A DNA stretch of 24,089 nt, taken from Ionaspis alba. Its lineage: Eukaryota. The notes under the pieces were generated by a model. The model was not told the DNA's origin. It saw only the letters and a list, made by a program, of their open reading frames with translations, and ran no database searches. A program made the translations under genes and the position numbers. Below are positions 1 to 11,829 of this stretch, in pieces. The stretch lies in contig CAXUUL010000007.1 in assembly GCA_964255285.1 (NCBI GenBank), forward strand, positions 62,001 through 86,089, given 5' to 3'. Every line of letters starts with the position of its first letter. Within the stretch, counting starts at the first letter, position 1.

Positions 1-2021
1 GTCGTGTACTTCTGCAATATAGGTATCTGTGGTAACCTCAATGGTAGTCGTTTGGGTATGTGCTTCCAAACTGGTGAAATGGATCTTCAAAATCTTTGGT
101 GGTCCCATCCGAGGAGTTGAGTGGACGACAGGAATGCCAGGTCTATCCGCGAGTGTTGCGGATTGCTTCCTTGCGGCGAATGTGAAGGGCTTGATAACGC
201 TAGAATTCAAGGGAGGTCCGTCAGATGTTGTGGCCTCCGTCACACCTTCAGCCGAGTCCTGCGCCAGATTCTCCGTGACAATAGGATCCTCGGCTAACTC
301 GTCGAATTGCTTGGTGTACCTGGGGGTGAGCCTCCTATTCTCGTTATACTGCGCGTCAGAGGCTTCAACGAGCGCGAAATCGTCGTAAGCTTTGCCTCTT
401 GACCGTCCTCGAGCAGGTCGATTGTTGTTGGACGTGAAATCAACCATGGGACTGACACGATTTAAGGCAGGGAAGTCGTATTCAACTTCTCCGTCGTCCA
501 CGATCCGTAATGTCCACCGATTGACGTCTAATTTGCTCTTGGCTATTGGCGGCTTTAGTCCTGCCTCGTGATACCGCCAGAGGCTGAGACCAATAGCATC
601 CGCGACCGTGACTTGGGGATTGTCTCCAGTATCACTATTTGGTACTGTTCGTTGCAGAGGCATATCGACAGCTTCTCCAGGAGAATCCGAGAAAGGAGCG
701 TAGATTCTGATGTTGAGTGGGTTTGGGACACCCTTTCCAGATAGCCTGGCGAAAGACTCCACGGGATTGTGTGGCTTCGATTGCCTAGCTCTGATAGCTT
801 GGCCCAAGGCGCTGACCGGCAGAACCGTACTGATTGGTCGAGGTGGTGGAAGTGCTTGAAGAACATTGGCCTGCAGGGACCTGACTTTCTTTGGTGATGG
901 AGGATTGAGGGTCAATCCGGGCGGAAGCGTGATGAGAGGAGACGACGCAAGGTGGTCGTGAACTCCATCGAGAAGAGATTCCGAGTCTGCTGTCTCGGCA
1001 AACTCGGACGAGAGGCTGGTGTCTTCGGATTCATCGCCAGACCTTTGACCAATGTCCGATGTCACCTCTCGCACCTGCTTCCGCTCCTCCTCTTTGTGCC
1101 GTCCTTGCAAATTGCTTGTGTTTCCAGTATGCCTGCGTGGATTCACCTGCCTCCGCTGGAAAACAGAAGGGTCTAACTCATTCTCCGACGACATTTCGCT
1201 ACTCGTAGCTGTATCTCGCCTTTCTCGTTGTTTGACAGCTTCAACAACACCGAGCGAACCGCGTCTGAACCTTCCATCGGTGGAACGCCGGGACGGAGAG
1301 GTGACTAGTACTTCAGGGCCCTCTTTGGCGCTCAGCGTACGTATCGGTGACGAACCTGCTCGAATACGCACTGGCATCTTGGCAAACTTGATCTGCTGGG
1401 CTGCGCTGAACTGGCCTTTGAATACAAGGGTATGATATAGCGTGGGTAGGGAGAATTCTTACCGTTGAACGCCTTCGGTGTCTTCTTCGCTTTCATCGCT
1501 TAGATCGCTACTATCGTCCTCTTCATGCTGCTCCCTCCGGCGCCTCTTCTTCACGGTCGGAGTCGGACCGACAGTATCTGTGCTTCCTCGCCCAGTGACC
1601 ATGCCACCCTCATCGTCATCTTCGCCAAGCTCTGCAGGCGCGAATCCCGCCGACTTGATAGGGGCTGAGAAGTAATCCGACGCGATGGCTGCAGTGGGTA
1701 TTGGGGGCGAGTATGTTCTTTTGATGTCTGCATCGTTTGGCGTCCAACCAGCCGTTCGGAAGCTTGGGTCGTTCAATATGCTAGAATCGACGTTGATGAG
1801 CCTTTCTCCAACCCCATCTTTTATGTTCGTTAGATACGAGGTCCGTAGCTGCCAGATGAGAAAGCTTCGATGCGGTCAGCATAGTCCTGGAGGTTTTCCC
1901 AACACAATGGCTGGAGATAAGACGACTGAGGTAAACTGGGAGTAGAACACTGAGCAATGACGGGAGGACTTAGACGTCGACAGCGCCGATAGACCTACTC
2001 CGGATTCTGCAGCAAAGACAT
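1..2021 (-). CDS. SIN1: TORC2 subunit Sin1/Avo1 (stress-activated MAP kinase-interacting protein), 3' end outside the window; exons 2021-1999, 1864-1463, 1405-<1
   Basis: Spliced N-terminus MSLLQNPD/FLIWQLRTSYLTNIKDGVGERLINVD...FRTAGW is typical of fungal Sin1. The CRIM-like segment RWTLRIVDDGEVEYDFPAL lies near 470-520. Introns: GTAGGT..CTGAC..AAG (1998-1865) and GTAAGA..CAG (1462-1406). The last exon appears to stay open to the window edge. Confidence 0.88.
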
Positions 2022-3004
2022 GTTCTCCCAGCCGTTCCAAAGTGTCCACTTTCACATTTTTGACACCTTTGGGTTCATCATGCTTTCTGTCGACCTGTCT
2101 AGCGAAAAAATGAATCGTTGGTCGACGTGACAGGTGCGACAGCGATACGGTCAGCCCTAAGATTCCTGGTCGGATTAGAGGAATCTGTCACTACAAGTAG
2201 TCTAGCCCAAGGGCGGAGCAAATAATAAAAAGAGAGGTTTCATTGCCGCTACACAATTAGCATAATTTCTAGCAAACCAGGGATCTTTTGGGGGTGTCGC
2301 CCTTGTTTTTGGTCCCCTATATCCACCAATTAGGGACCCCCGGAGCTCTTTTCGCCAAGGATCGTGCTAAATACGTAGCGCCAACGTAACCTTTCCATGA
2401 ACCTTGGGATCCGTTGACGACCCTCGGGGCCGGAGGACAGGTTGTGTTTGTCGCGGTACAGTACAATCAGGACAGCCCTTTAGCCACCTGGCCACCTGGC
2501 CACCTGTTGTCCGTCCAGCTTCGCAGTTATAAGGACAGTCGCGTGGGTTGATTTTACATGAGACATGATCCGCACGAGTAATCAAACTTATCGTACATAT
2601 TGTCACTACTACTGACTCCGCCGTGTTTCTCTTCCAGTTCTTGCATCTCGGTGGGGAGTATGGAAATCGTATGTTTTCTCTTCCTTCTACCCGGTAAAGA
2701 TAAGCCGTTGATTCTGCAGCCACAAAGAGGATTTCTCTTCGACTTGTCCTTCGTCCACTACAAAAAATGCCCTCGAAAAAATTGTGGAATACGCTCAAGT
2801 CTCAGCATACCCAGGTCTACTTCCCACTCTTCTAGACTGATCATGGTAGCGGAAGGTCATTAAGACCTCGAGTTTTTGAGGCGCTGAGGAAGGGACAAAT
2901 ACGAAGCCTTGACTGTCGAGAGCTCCGTTCCTCTGAGCATACTCCTGTAATACTTCCATGATCAAAAGGGTCCTAATACTATCAAGTCCCGCAGCCGGTG
3001 CTAC

Positions 3005-5047
3005 ATGGCAGGAGCTGGAACGATTCAGCAAATTTTTCAGGACGCCTGGGAAGCTTTTAAGCTCGTGGGTCATTCTGCATATGTCCTATTGCTTCGATTG
3101 GAGGACTGACCGCAACTCGTACCGCGTAGACCTTCCAAGTATCGTGGCAAAGGTCAATAAAATCGTGGCTCTGTGTACCCGTCGGAGTCTGTTTTACTCT
3201 GCTAGCATGCCGGGGCATTGATCGATTGATCAGGCTTGGTTCTATTTCTTTTCCTGCTTCCGTTGCGCTGCTGATACTCCTCTTCATTTTGCTCATTACT
3301 TGTCAGCTATTTCTGGGAGACAAGTGGACAAGGGAAATTGTCCGCGTACTCGATGTTCCTGTCAGTGAATCTTCTCGTGCTGTTACATTGGTGACCGAGT
3401 AGCCCGACAGGCTGGCTTTGCACTACGTTACATTAATGTTCTCTTCACGCCCTCATTTGGTGAGCACTTATGAAGTTTATATTGTTCCGTCCAGAGTAAG
3501 CTCATCTGGACAGTTCTCTTATCGCTGAGTTCTCTAGTCAGCGGACTTGGGGTCGGTAAGATCGTTGCGGTATTCTGTAAGCTGCACCAATGATGTTAAA
3601 CACTTCTTTACTGAATTTTAGCAAATGCTCGCCTACCTCCTTGTGCTTGCTACTACAGCTTACCTTGTTCGGGGACTTCAAATGGTCCTAGGCACCTCGA
3701 AGAGAGCTTCGACTCAAAGAGCCGAGGAAATGGCATTCGAAGAGGATGATATCCCTCTTGCTGTCCGCACCATGGCGGAGTCTTCGCGCCCAGTGGCCCT
3801 TTCTCGAGAGGATTTAGATGCAACACTAGTGTCACCATTTCCGACGCAGGATCCCTCTCGTGTGCGAATGCTCAATCCCACCAATATGCCCCGCCTGCCA
3901 GGCGCTGTGGGGGTAGCTGTTGCGTCGACAATATTCCGACAAGACTCGTTCCCAGCCACTCGTCCACGAAGATGGGTAGCAATGCTGAATGCACATATGG
4001 ATACTTTCATTTACGTGAACAGCTTTCTATTTGCCGGTATCCCCGCTATACTTTGCAATTGGGTATGCTATGCCAGTGCATTTGGCTTTGAATGTCCTGG
4101 CCTACTTCTTGGCAATCACCCCACCATTGAGCTGGAAGCGCTTCATGCACCCGGTGCTCGTTGCTTCAGCCATCATAGTTTTTGGCATCTGGATCCTCTC
4201 ACGATGCCGCAAAGAAACATTAGAAATTGCCCTTCGTGCCTATTCAACTATGACTAAATACTTGCAAATCTGGAGTGGACAGGGGCATCTACCACTGCCA
4301 GGCGCCGGAGACATCTTTAGCAGTGTTCTTGACGTTAGCATTGTTGCACTTGCACTTCCACTGTTTCAGTACCTGAATGAGCTAAAGTGCCATGTGAGTC
4401 TAAACCCTCAAAATGAGCTCTCTTGCCTGCAGAAGTCCTGAGTCTCTGTCTAAGTTCCTTTCAATCTTCATTCCTAGCATAGCAATATCTATCACCTCAT
4501 TATTCGGATATCCAGCACTTTGCTTCGCCATTGGCATCTCAGCTGAGAGAAGCTTGTCCTTTGCAGCCAGATCACCAACACTAGCGCTGGCCACACCTGC
4601 AGTCACCAATCTAGGTGGTGATCTGAACCTTGTGGCGGTACTGTGCATCATGAGTGGAACCTTGGGCGTGCTCGTCGGACCATCTATATTGAAATGGCTG
4701 AGAATACCAGAAGGTTAGTGACTGGACTGGAAATCATACTGGAAATATCTGCAACTAGCAAGCACTTGCTTAAGAAGCCGAGAAAGCCTAGGATAGCACT
4801 CGTTGTAGTCATTTGGTACTGCTTCAGGAGTATGCTATTGTCCTCTACAAATGACTACGTTACTCGTGATGTCACATTAGGAGGCAATTCATCAGCCATC
4901 GCAACAGCGTTGCTGCTTCCATCAGATCCCCGGGCGGCGGCACTCTCAAGTCTATCAATGGGCTTGTTCGGTACAAGCATGGTAGCTCTCACATCGATAA
5001 CATCTGTCGCCGGCGCTGTGATACATTTGGTAGGGCGTGAGACATGA
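3005..5047 (+). pseudogene. LrgA/LrgB-family (PLGG1-like) multi-pass membrane protein gene, apparently disrupted; exons approx. 3005-3064, 3130-3360, 3411-3459, 3514-3576, 3626-4393, 4455-4713, 4851-5047
   Basis: Spliced translation gives LrgA-like SISFPASVALLILLF...AGFALRYINVLFTPSF and LrgB-like LDVSIVALALPLFQY, SFAARSPTLALA, DDYVTRDVTLGGNSSAIATA. Lesions: an extra base at 4041-4045 (ATC CCC G CTA TAC) and frame-preserving acceptors that read AA instead of AG at 3624-3625 and 4849-4850. Confidence 0.75.
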
Positions 5048-5956
5048 AGCTATGTATATGTTGGCAAACCATACCTTGCCCTGAAGGATTCTGGGACATT
5101 AAGTTTCTCATATTGTCTTCGGACGGCTCTCCCCAGGGTGACTTATTCAAAGACTCTTGTTAGCTTATGTAAGTAGGATAGATAGATACTTCATTCATGC
5201 TTTGTTATGCTGTACCGAGAATGTCTTTTAGTACGCTTGGTAAGACACATGATTGTTCTCTGATTGAGTGCTTAGGATTCTGTCCTGTGAGACTACATTC
5301 ATTTGGATCGTCGAACTTGATCCAGCTTGAGCGAACCATAGTTCATTTTCTCAATGAAAATCGACCCTCCTACTCGTAGGGGCGCTCTCATAGCTAACAA
5401 TAGAAGTCGATAAATCCAATTCGAATCAGAAGCTCCACGGGCCAAGTACCAGGCATGCGATTCTAGGGCGGCTATACTTTGACTTTCCATTAAATTGTTG
5501 TTCGTCTCTGTACGGGTGTACCTGGAAAACTCTACCAGCTGTAGGTAGAAGTTAGGAAGCAAGCCCAAATATGATCACAGGAGCAGACTGCCCTGTCATA
5601 AGAACCTTTCATTGCAGATGGCGAGACATAAGACTTAAGGAGCTTGGAAAAGTGACCGTTTGTAAAGCCTTGTATGTTTCGTGTTCACTGAGTGCTGAAT
5701 CTCATCATTTCTTATTTACAAATGATACTTAGAGTGATAGCCGTATAACCTTGAATCCGAATATGCTACTGGGAATATATACATCCAAACAGAACTACAG
5801 GTGCTTTGCCAAGTATGCAAACTCCTCCAGAATGGTATTCAGAACGCCCTTCTATGCATCACTCCATTTTCCCAGAGAGCACGAACTCCCCCCGTTCCGT
5901 TGAATTGACAGTAGCTGTCTACTGAAATGCAGCTTCGTGCTCCGATTATGCACTGA

Positions 5957-6939
5957 TCAGTCGACCCATCGAGCCAAGAATTTCTGCATGTCATTCGAGG
6001 GCAAAGGTGCCGGAGAAGCCTAAGAGTTAAAGATAAGTATCCGAATGAGTGCAGAAAGTTGTTTGACCCACTGTGTTCTCCCTACTCTCTACGCTATAGG
6101 TCACCGATTGTGTCATGGTCGTTACCACACTTGGGGTTGGAAGGAATGTGGTCGCTACGTCGAAATGGCTCGTAGGATACTGAGGATCAGTGGCTTGGGC
6201 AGTGATCTTGGTAGGCGGCTTCGCTTGCATTGGGGCGTAACGTGTAAGACCAGTCGTCTGAAATTGGTAGGAAACTCCGTAGGGACCATCGGCTGCACCA
6301 CCAGCCCCTGGCTGTGCATTGGAACCGGCGATAGTATTGGCTGTGGGAGGAACCGAGTCGGTGCTCCCCGCTACAGCTTTGTAGGCCGTCTGCAGCGACG
6401 GCGAGGGCCAAGTACCGGTCATGCCCGATATGGAGAACCGTCTCGAGTAGTTTACCACAGTTCCAGTCCCAGCTGTGGGGGCTGAGATCATCTTGAGAAA
6501 GCTGAAAAAGAGCGGAAAGGGTGTTTTAGTATGCGAAAGATATAAGCAATGCATTCGATCCTACATACTAAGCATTGGGATCCTTTGGCCCAGCCGAAGC
6601 AGGCACTTGAAATGTGATAGATGTGCCAGCAGTGTGAGCACCTGCTATCGAGGCTGGAACAGTAGCCACTTGTAGCTAGAAAATCACCACGTCAGATGGA
6701 GCACGAATATATAGAGCTTCCGGTCTTACCGATGTAGCTTCAGTATTGCCCCCTATCATTAGAAAGATAGAATAGCCAGCCAGATCCGTCAGTGGCGGAG
6801 AGACGCCAGAGTCTTTCCAAGAGACTGATATTGTCGATCCAGCTGTGGCAGAAACACCAGCTGCAGGCGCTATAAAAGCAACATCGGCGAGACTGAATGG
6901 TAGGCAGAGGGTAAGAAGAGCAAGCCGACGGCCGAACAT
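5957..6939 (-). CDS. KRE9: Kre9/Knh1-family secreted beta-1,6-glucan synthesis protein; exons 6939-6730, 6675-6569, 6501-6072, 6019-5957
   Basis: Signal peptide MFGRRLALLTLCLPFSLA, then VSWKDSG, YFLKMIS...NYSRRFSISGMTG, QTTGLTRYAPMQ, SRENT and C-terminus ASPAPLPSNDMQKFLARWVD*. Three GT-AG introns keep the frame. Confidence 0.9.
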
Positions 6940-7380
6940 CCTGAACAGTGCTTTGCGATCCTGAGCGGCAAAAGTGTCGAGACAGCAGGCGGACGAGACT
7001 GAAGTCGAAGGGGAGGAAAGACTGTGTACGCACTATAGCCTCACATACGAATCTTGGACCGTGAAGCGTGGAGGTAAGAAGTTGTCGGGTTGAGTTTTCA
7101 TTATTATTGACGAAACAAGTTCGCCGTTCCTGTTCCTGCAGCCACTACAGAATAGTGATCTATGGGCAAATGGTAATTCCGGGGCATTTGAGGACCCTGA
7201 AACAGGTTATGCTTGCTTACATAACCTCCCTTCTTCCTGGCCTAGCAGCTTTTCGCCTCCTGTGACAGCCAAGAATCACCAATCGCGCTAAGCCCACAAA
7301 TACTGTTTTGTGGTTGCGCTCAAGGTCAAGGGCGAATATTTTTGATCACCATTAAAGCGTGCCTCAACTCCGCAGCAAAG

Positions 7381-7869
7381 ATGACCAAGCGCACAAAGAG
7401 TATGTTTTGTGTCCTCTCCTCGGCTCTTTTCGACAAAAATACTGATTCAAATCTTTAGAGGTCGGGGTGACCGGGAAATACGGTACCAGGTAAGCCATCG
7501 ACATGGGACACTACTCGACAATCACATCTACACCTACGTGCCAGATGCTCAATGGATCATCTTTTAGATATGGTGCCTCGCTACGGAAACAAGTCAAGAA
7601 GATGGAAATCACCCAACACGCTCGATATCCTTGCACCTTCTGCGGTAAAGTCACTGTGAAGAGACACTCGGTCGGCATTTGGAGTTGCAGATCTTGCAAG
7701 AAGACCGTAGCAGGCGGAGCATGGACAGTCTCGTTAGTGAACGGAGCTGATGCTCCATATCAAGTCCAGCTGTGCGATTTTGGTTGTTGACAATGTATCC
7801 TTCAGGACGCCTGCCGCTGCTGCAACGAGATCGACTATCCGTCGCCTTCGAGAAATCGCAGAGGTCTAG
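7381..7869 (+). CDS. RPL43: 60S ribosomal protein eL43 (L43/L37a), 92 aa; exons 7381-7399, 7459-7489, 7568-7732, 7806-7869
   Basis: [44 protein letters not shown]...WSCRSCKK...[12 protein letters not shown] with a C4 zinc finger. The four exons sum to 279 nt. Confidence 0.97.
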
Positions 7870-8680
7870 AGCTCACAAGCTTTAATGGGGGAGGAGCGGA
7901 GGGTTCACCGGGATTCGCAACATGTTTTCACGCGGACGAGGATGCACTCGATAGTCGATAGCTGGGAAGAAATAAATAATGCTTTCTCCAAATACCCACC
8001 GTTCTAAAACTCTAGGCGGCAAAAGAATCACACTCCTTTCTATGGAACTTCCATGACGCGCAACGTGAGATTGTATAACGACCAATTGGGCTCATCTCGA
8101 CTGCCCAAAATGATACTTCTGAGACCTTGAGTGCGGAGTCGTGCCCAGCTTCAAGTTAGAAAGCATCGAGTCGTCACGCTATCTATCAACGATGCAGGCT
8201 ACCGCGCAGGACCTTACGCTTGTTGCTGGCAGCAGTGCTGGTGAATCTGAAGTAGCTTAAAAATTCTCATGACGTTTTGCACTTTCCACAGCGATTAAGG
8301 CTGGCAGGTTTGCTGCTGTGGTAGCTTAGCACTCCTTCGAGGCCGCGGTGTGCAATGTAAGTACAACATCCTCTCCTTCAATCACGTCGACCTCACCTGA
8401 AATTCTGCCAGGCAACCGCTTCAGATTTATGATATTCTAGTTGTCGGCATGCACTGTACGGCTGATAAGTCGATCTCGCCCGTGACTAAGTCATGCACCT
8501 CCCTCTCGCTTGGGCTCTAATGACTAGCGTGGCCCGCTAAATAGCTGGCTTTCCGTTCTCGAACTTCGTCGTCTCTTCAAACCAACTGTAATCGCGAAAT
8601 TTGCCTAATCGCTTTCGTCCCCTCACTGATGGTCTTACGCTCCCCTGACACATCGAGACCTCAGTTTTTCTACCTTACCG

Positions 8681-10675
8681 ATGTCAGAGACCTGCATTGT
8701 CTGTCTGGGAGATCTTGGCGGAAACGTCACTGATGTACCTTTTCCCCTGAGCACCGACAATTCAGCAGAAGATGTAAGGGCCAGCGATGGCCACGCCAAG
8801 TTGTCCCATGATACCATTGCCACGATGTCAATACGTCCTCCTCATGACACCCTACTGATTGCCCACCTTCTACCTTGTGGTCATAACCTCCACGACGAAT
8901 GTCTCAGGCCTTGGGTAGAACGCGCCAACAGCTGCCCCATTTGCAGGCAGAACTTCAATCAAGTTGAACTTTGTACCCATGTTGGAGGTGAGAGTGTCTG
9001 AGTTACTCTGGACGGCTCAAGGAATGTGCTGACATACTGTTCAGGCTCGATCACTTCCTCCTACCCTGTACATGACCGCACGCAGGTAGCGGATCTCGAC
9101 GAATCTCTATTGATCGATGACTACGACGAACTTGAGGCGCAGCCATGCCCGATCTGCGGGCTTGATGACCATGAAGAGGTTCTTCTTCAATGTGATGGGT
9201 GCGACGGCTGGTATCACACGTACTGCGTGGACCTCGAATCTGTTCCGTCCGGCGCTTGGTTTTGTGGACGTTGCACAGAGGATCGGGTTTTTGAATCCAC
9301 CCCGGAGCGAGTGAGGTCCCGAAGTCACAATCCTTCGGATCGACGAACCAGAGGTCAACAACGGCGAGTGCAGAACCATAACCAAGTAACTTCGTCTGGC
9401 TGGTCTCGAGTTTGGCAGTCGGTTTGGGATCAACTCAACCTTGACCTTGACTTCCCCTTCGATGACGGCCCCAGTCCAGCCCAATTCCGAGGAGCATACC
9501 AGACGAACGCGTCTCAAGGGCGTGAGTTCACAGAGTGGGAACGGAGACTTCGAGTAGCGGAACGGCAAGGCGGTGCCAACCGATTTCGGGACACCGCTGC
9601 AACACTGTTAGATCGTGATTCAGTAGTCGTGTCGCGGCCACGTCCAAACGACCCCGAGCCAGAGTCCGTCGAGGAAATATTAGCATGGAATGCTTTGGAG
9701 AAAGCCAGAGATATTGATGCAGATCCAACTTCAAGGACAAAAAAGCGAAAGTCGGCTTCCGCCTCACCATCCGAATCAAATCCATTCTCTCGACAAAAGA
9801 AACGCAAGTCAGCCACCTCCTCCCCAGCGGATCTGACACCAACATCTCCCCCAGAGCGAAGACTCAAGAGACCTCAGACTCGGAGAACTCACGACCTTTG
9901 CGATGCCGCTTGCGATACTAATCGAGAATCTTCCCGTTGCCCCCAGCGGAGATCAGCGTCATCCGTACGCCACGAATATGTATCCATCATCCCTGCAGCC
10001 GGGAACGGTCCTAGCTTCTTGCAATCGTTACTTACAGAAGTAGAGTCATCAGGGGCGCAAGATGGGCAGCGAATCCTGAGACGTCCCGGTCTTGCATCGT
10101 CTAACCCCGCCACTTCCGACTACTCGTCGCCTAGACCTTCGTCCCCTGGCGACTCACCGACCGCCTCGAATCATCCCAGTCCACGTGCCTTATCCACAAC
10201 TCCTCCGCCGATACATTCTACCAGATCTGGATCGCCCATCCCGCTATCATCAAGAGTTGAGCCGATATACACCACCTCTGCTCTTTCCTCCGAAGGTCCA
10301 ACAACTCATCGGCCGAATCAATCGACACAAAGTCCGGTGTTAGAAGGACCACCAGCTCGAACGGAATGTTCGGATCTACTAGCGCCCAGTCCATTCCGTT
10401 CCGACGAATCCTCGCCGAATCGCCCAAAATTGTCCTTGTCCGCTAAATCAGATGTTCAATTGATGGTGAAGGAAGCCTTAAAATCTCCTTATAGAAGAAA
10501 TCAGTTGACCAAAGAACAATATACGGACATCAACCGCAAGATATCGCGGCTACTATACGAAAGAGTAGGGGATTCTGACAGGCTTGATGTTGAAATGCGG
10601 GAGAAATGGAAGAGTGTGGCAAAGGAAGAGGTAGCAAAGGCGATGAGGTCTATTGGAGTATCTGGCGGGACTTGA
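8681..10675 (+). CDS. RING + PHD finger protein with a C-terminal helical domain (Asr1/PHRF1/SCAF11-like); exons 8681-8987, 9045-10675
   Basis: RING-H2 (CIVC...CGHNLHDEC...CPIC), PHD (CPIC...CDGC...HTYC...WFCGRC), a Ser/Pro-rich linker and C-terminal VKEALKSPYRRNQLTKEQYTDINRKISR. One intron, GTGAGA..CTGAC..CAG, at 8988-9044. Confidence 0.88.
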
Positions 10676-11732
10676 TCTGTAAGAGGATAGCGCGAATCAA
10701 CGCTCGTCCGATCTGGGGCAGGCGAAACGTCCATATGAGCGGCCCGCTCAGCAGTTGAGCGACAATGTGGTAGTCGATAGCAATGTATAACGTCTTCTGC
10801 TCGAATATCAATTGGAGTCATTACGGCCCGATAATTCAGCGCGTGATTCTGCCCGGACGTGTAAATGCCCATGCTAAGAAATGGTGGAGGAAACGTCATG
10901 CTTCCCGTCTGACCCGTCGGGACGGGTGGGAGAGGACTCGTCTGGATGTCCCAGCTCGGTGGCTCCCCGACTGGACCTCGAAGGGAATTTACTGTCGTCG
11001 CTTGATATAAATTGGCGTTGAGCAGCATATCAACCCTGATCTCCAGTGTCCACATCTCCGTGCAAGCGCGTGTGATGATTTACCTGTCCTTGTGATATGC
11101 GGGCTTGATTCACGAGTATAGGAGCAGTCTCACCACTACCGTCAGCCGATCAATGTTCTCCCCTAGAGTGTGGACAGGAGCAGACACCGGCATAACAGGA
11201 ATAGATGACTTTAGCTTAGTTACGCAAAGGATTATTATTGACACTAACGAAGTAGACCGGCATATGAGAAGCAACACGGAAATGAAAGTGTACCGTCTAG
11301 GTGGAACGAGTTGAGAAATCAAGCCCAGATCATCGATTAGAGGCAGCAATGAATATAATCAAAGCCTGAGAGCCCGGCGGGACAATATCTCTGTAGAATT
11401 TCAATTTAGCTAATGCCGTATACGCAGCATCTATCTAACCGTAGCCTCTGAGATGAAGAAGGTACCGCTAGCGAAAAAAGGCTGCATGGGTTCTTTGTTG
11501 GCACCACTGAATGATCAATATACTGATGGAGGAGTTTGGAGCATTGACGATAAGGAAAGGGTGCCGTGTTTCTGTGTTCCCTTCGGCAAGAACAGAAGAG
11601 TTGGAATGAGAGCCAGCAAGCTAGAGATTGAGACTAAGCAGAGAACGGTTAGAGTCAGGCTAAAGAGCATCCTTGCCAGCCGCGGCTCAGATTGCGCGCC
11701 GTCACGTCGTGCCATGATTCAAACAACTTCAG

Positions 11733-11738
11733 ACGCGT
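11733..11738. promoter_or_regulatory. MCB element (ACGCGT), putative MBF G1/S site
   Basis: Exact MluI cell-cycle box about 95 nt upstream of the ATG at 11830, with further CGCG cores at 11681 and 11695. Confidence 0.45.
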
Positions 11739-11829
11739 TCTACGACATCAGGTCCTATCGAGTAAACTCCACCATCTCATCACCGTTCCTTCATATCTGA
11801 CGAACCGTACGAGGCTGTTTTGCCGTAAG

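Noticed and set aside
2367..2798. 143-aa Cys-containing minus-strand ORF
   Set aside because: It has no signal peptide or known motif, and the splice signals in this region point to the opposite strand.
7261..7268. TGTGACAG resembling the Homol-D ribosomal-protein promoter box
   Set aside because: It has one mismatch to TGTGACTG and is too short to support without comparative data.
10501..11715. Minus-strand ORFs (184, 79 and 66 aa) and an intron-like segment 11439-11391 between the RING-PHD and sororin-like genes
   Set aside because: I could not join them into a coherent reading frame and found no recognisable motif. The longest ORF overlaps the RING-PHD 3' end. A non-coding or orphan transcript cannot be excluded.
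11692..11829. 46-aa TTG-initiated extension of the sororin-like ORF
   Set aside because: It overlaps promoter-like CGCG/MCB sequence, and the first ATG (11830) is the more plausible start.
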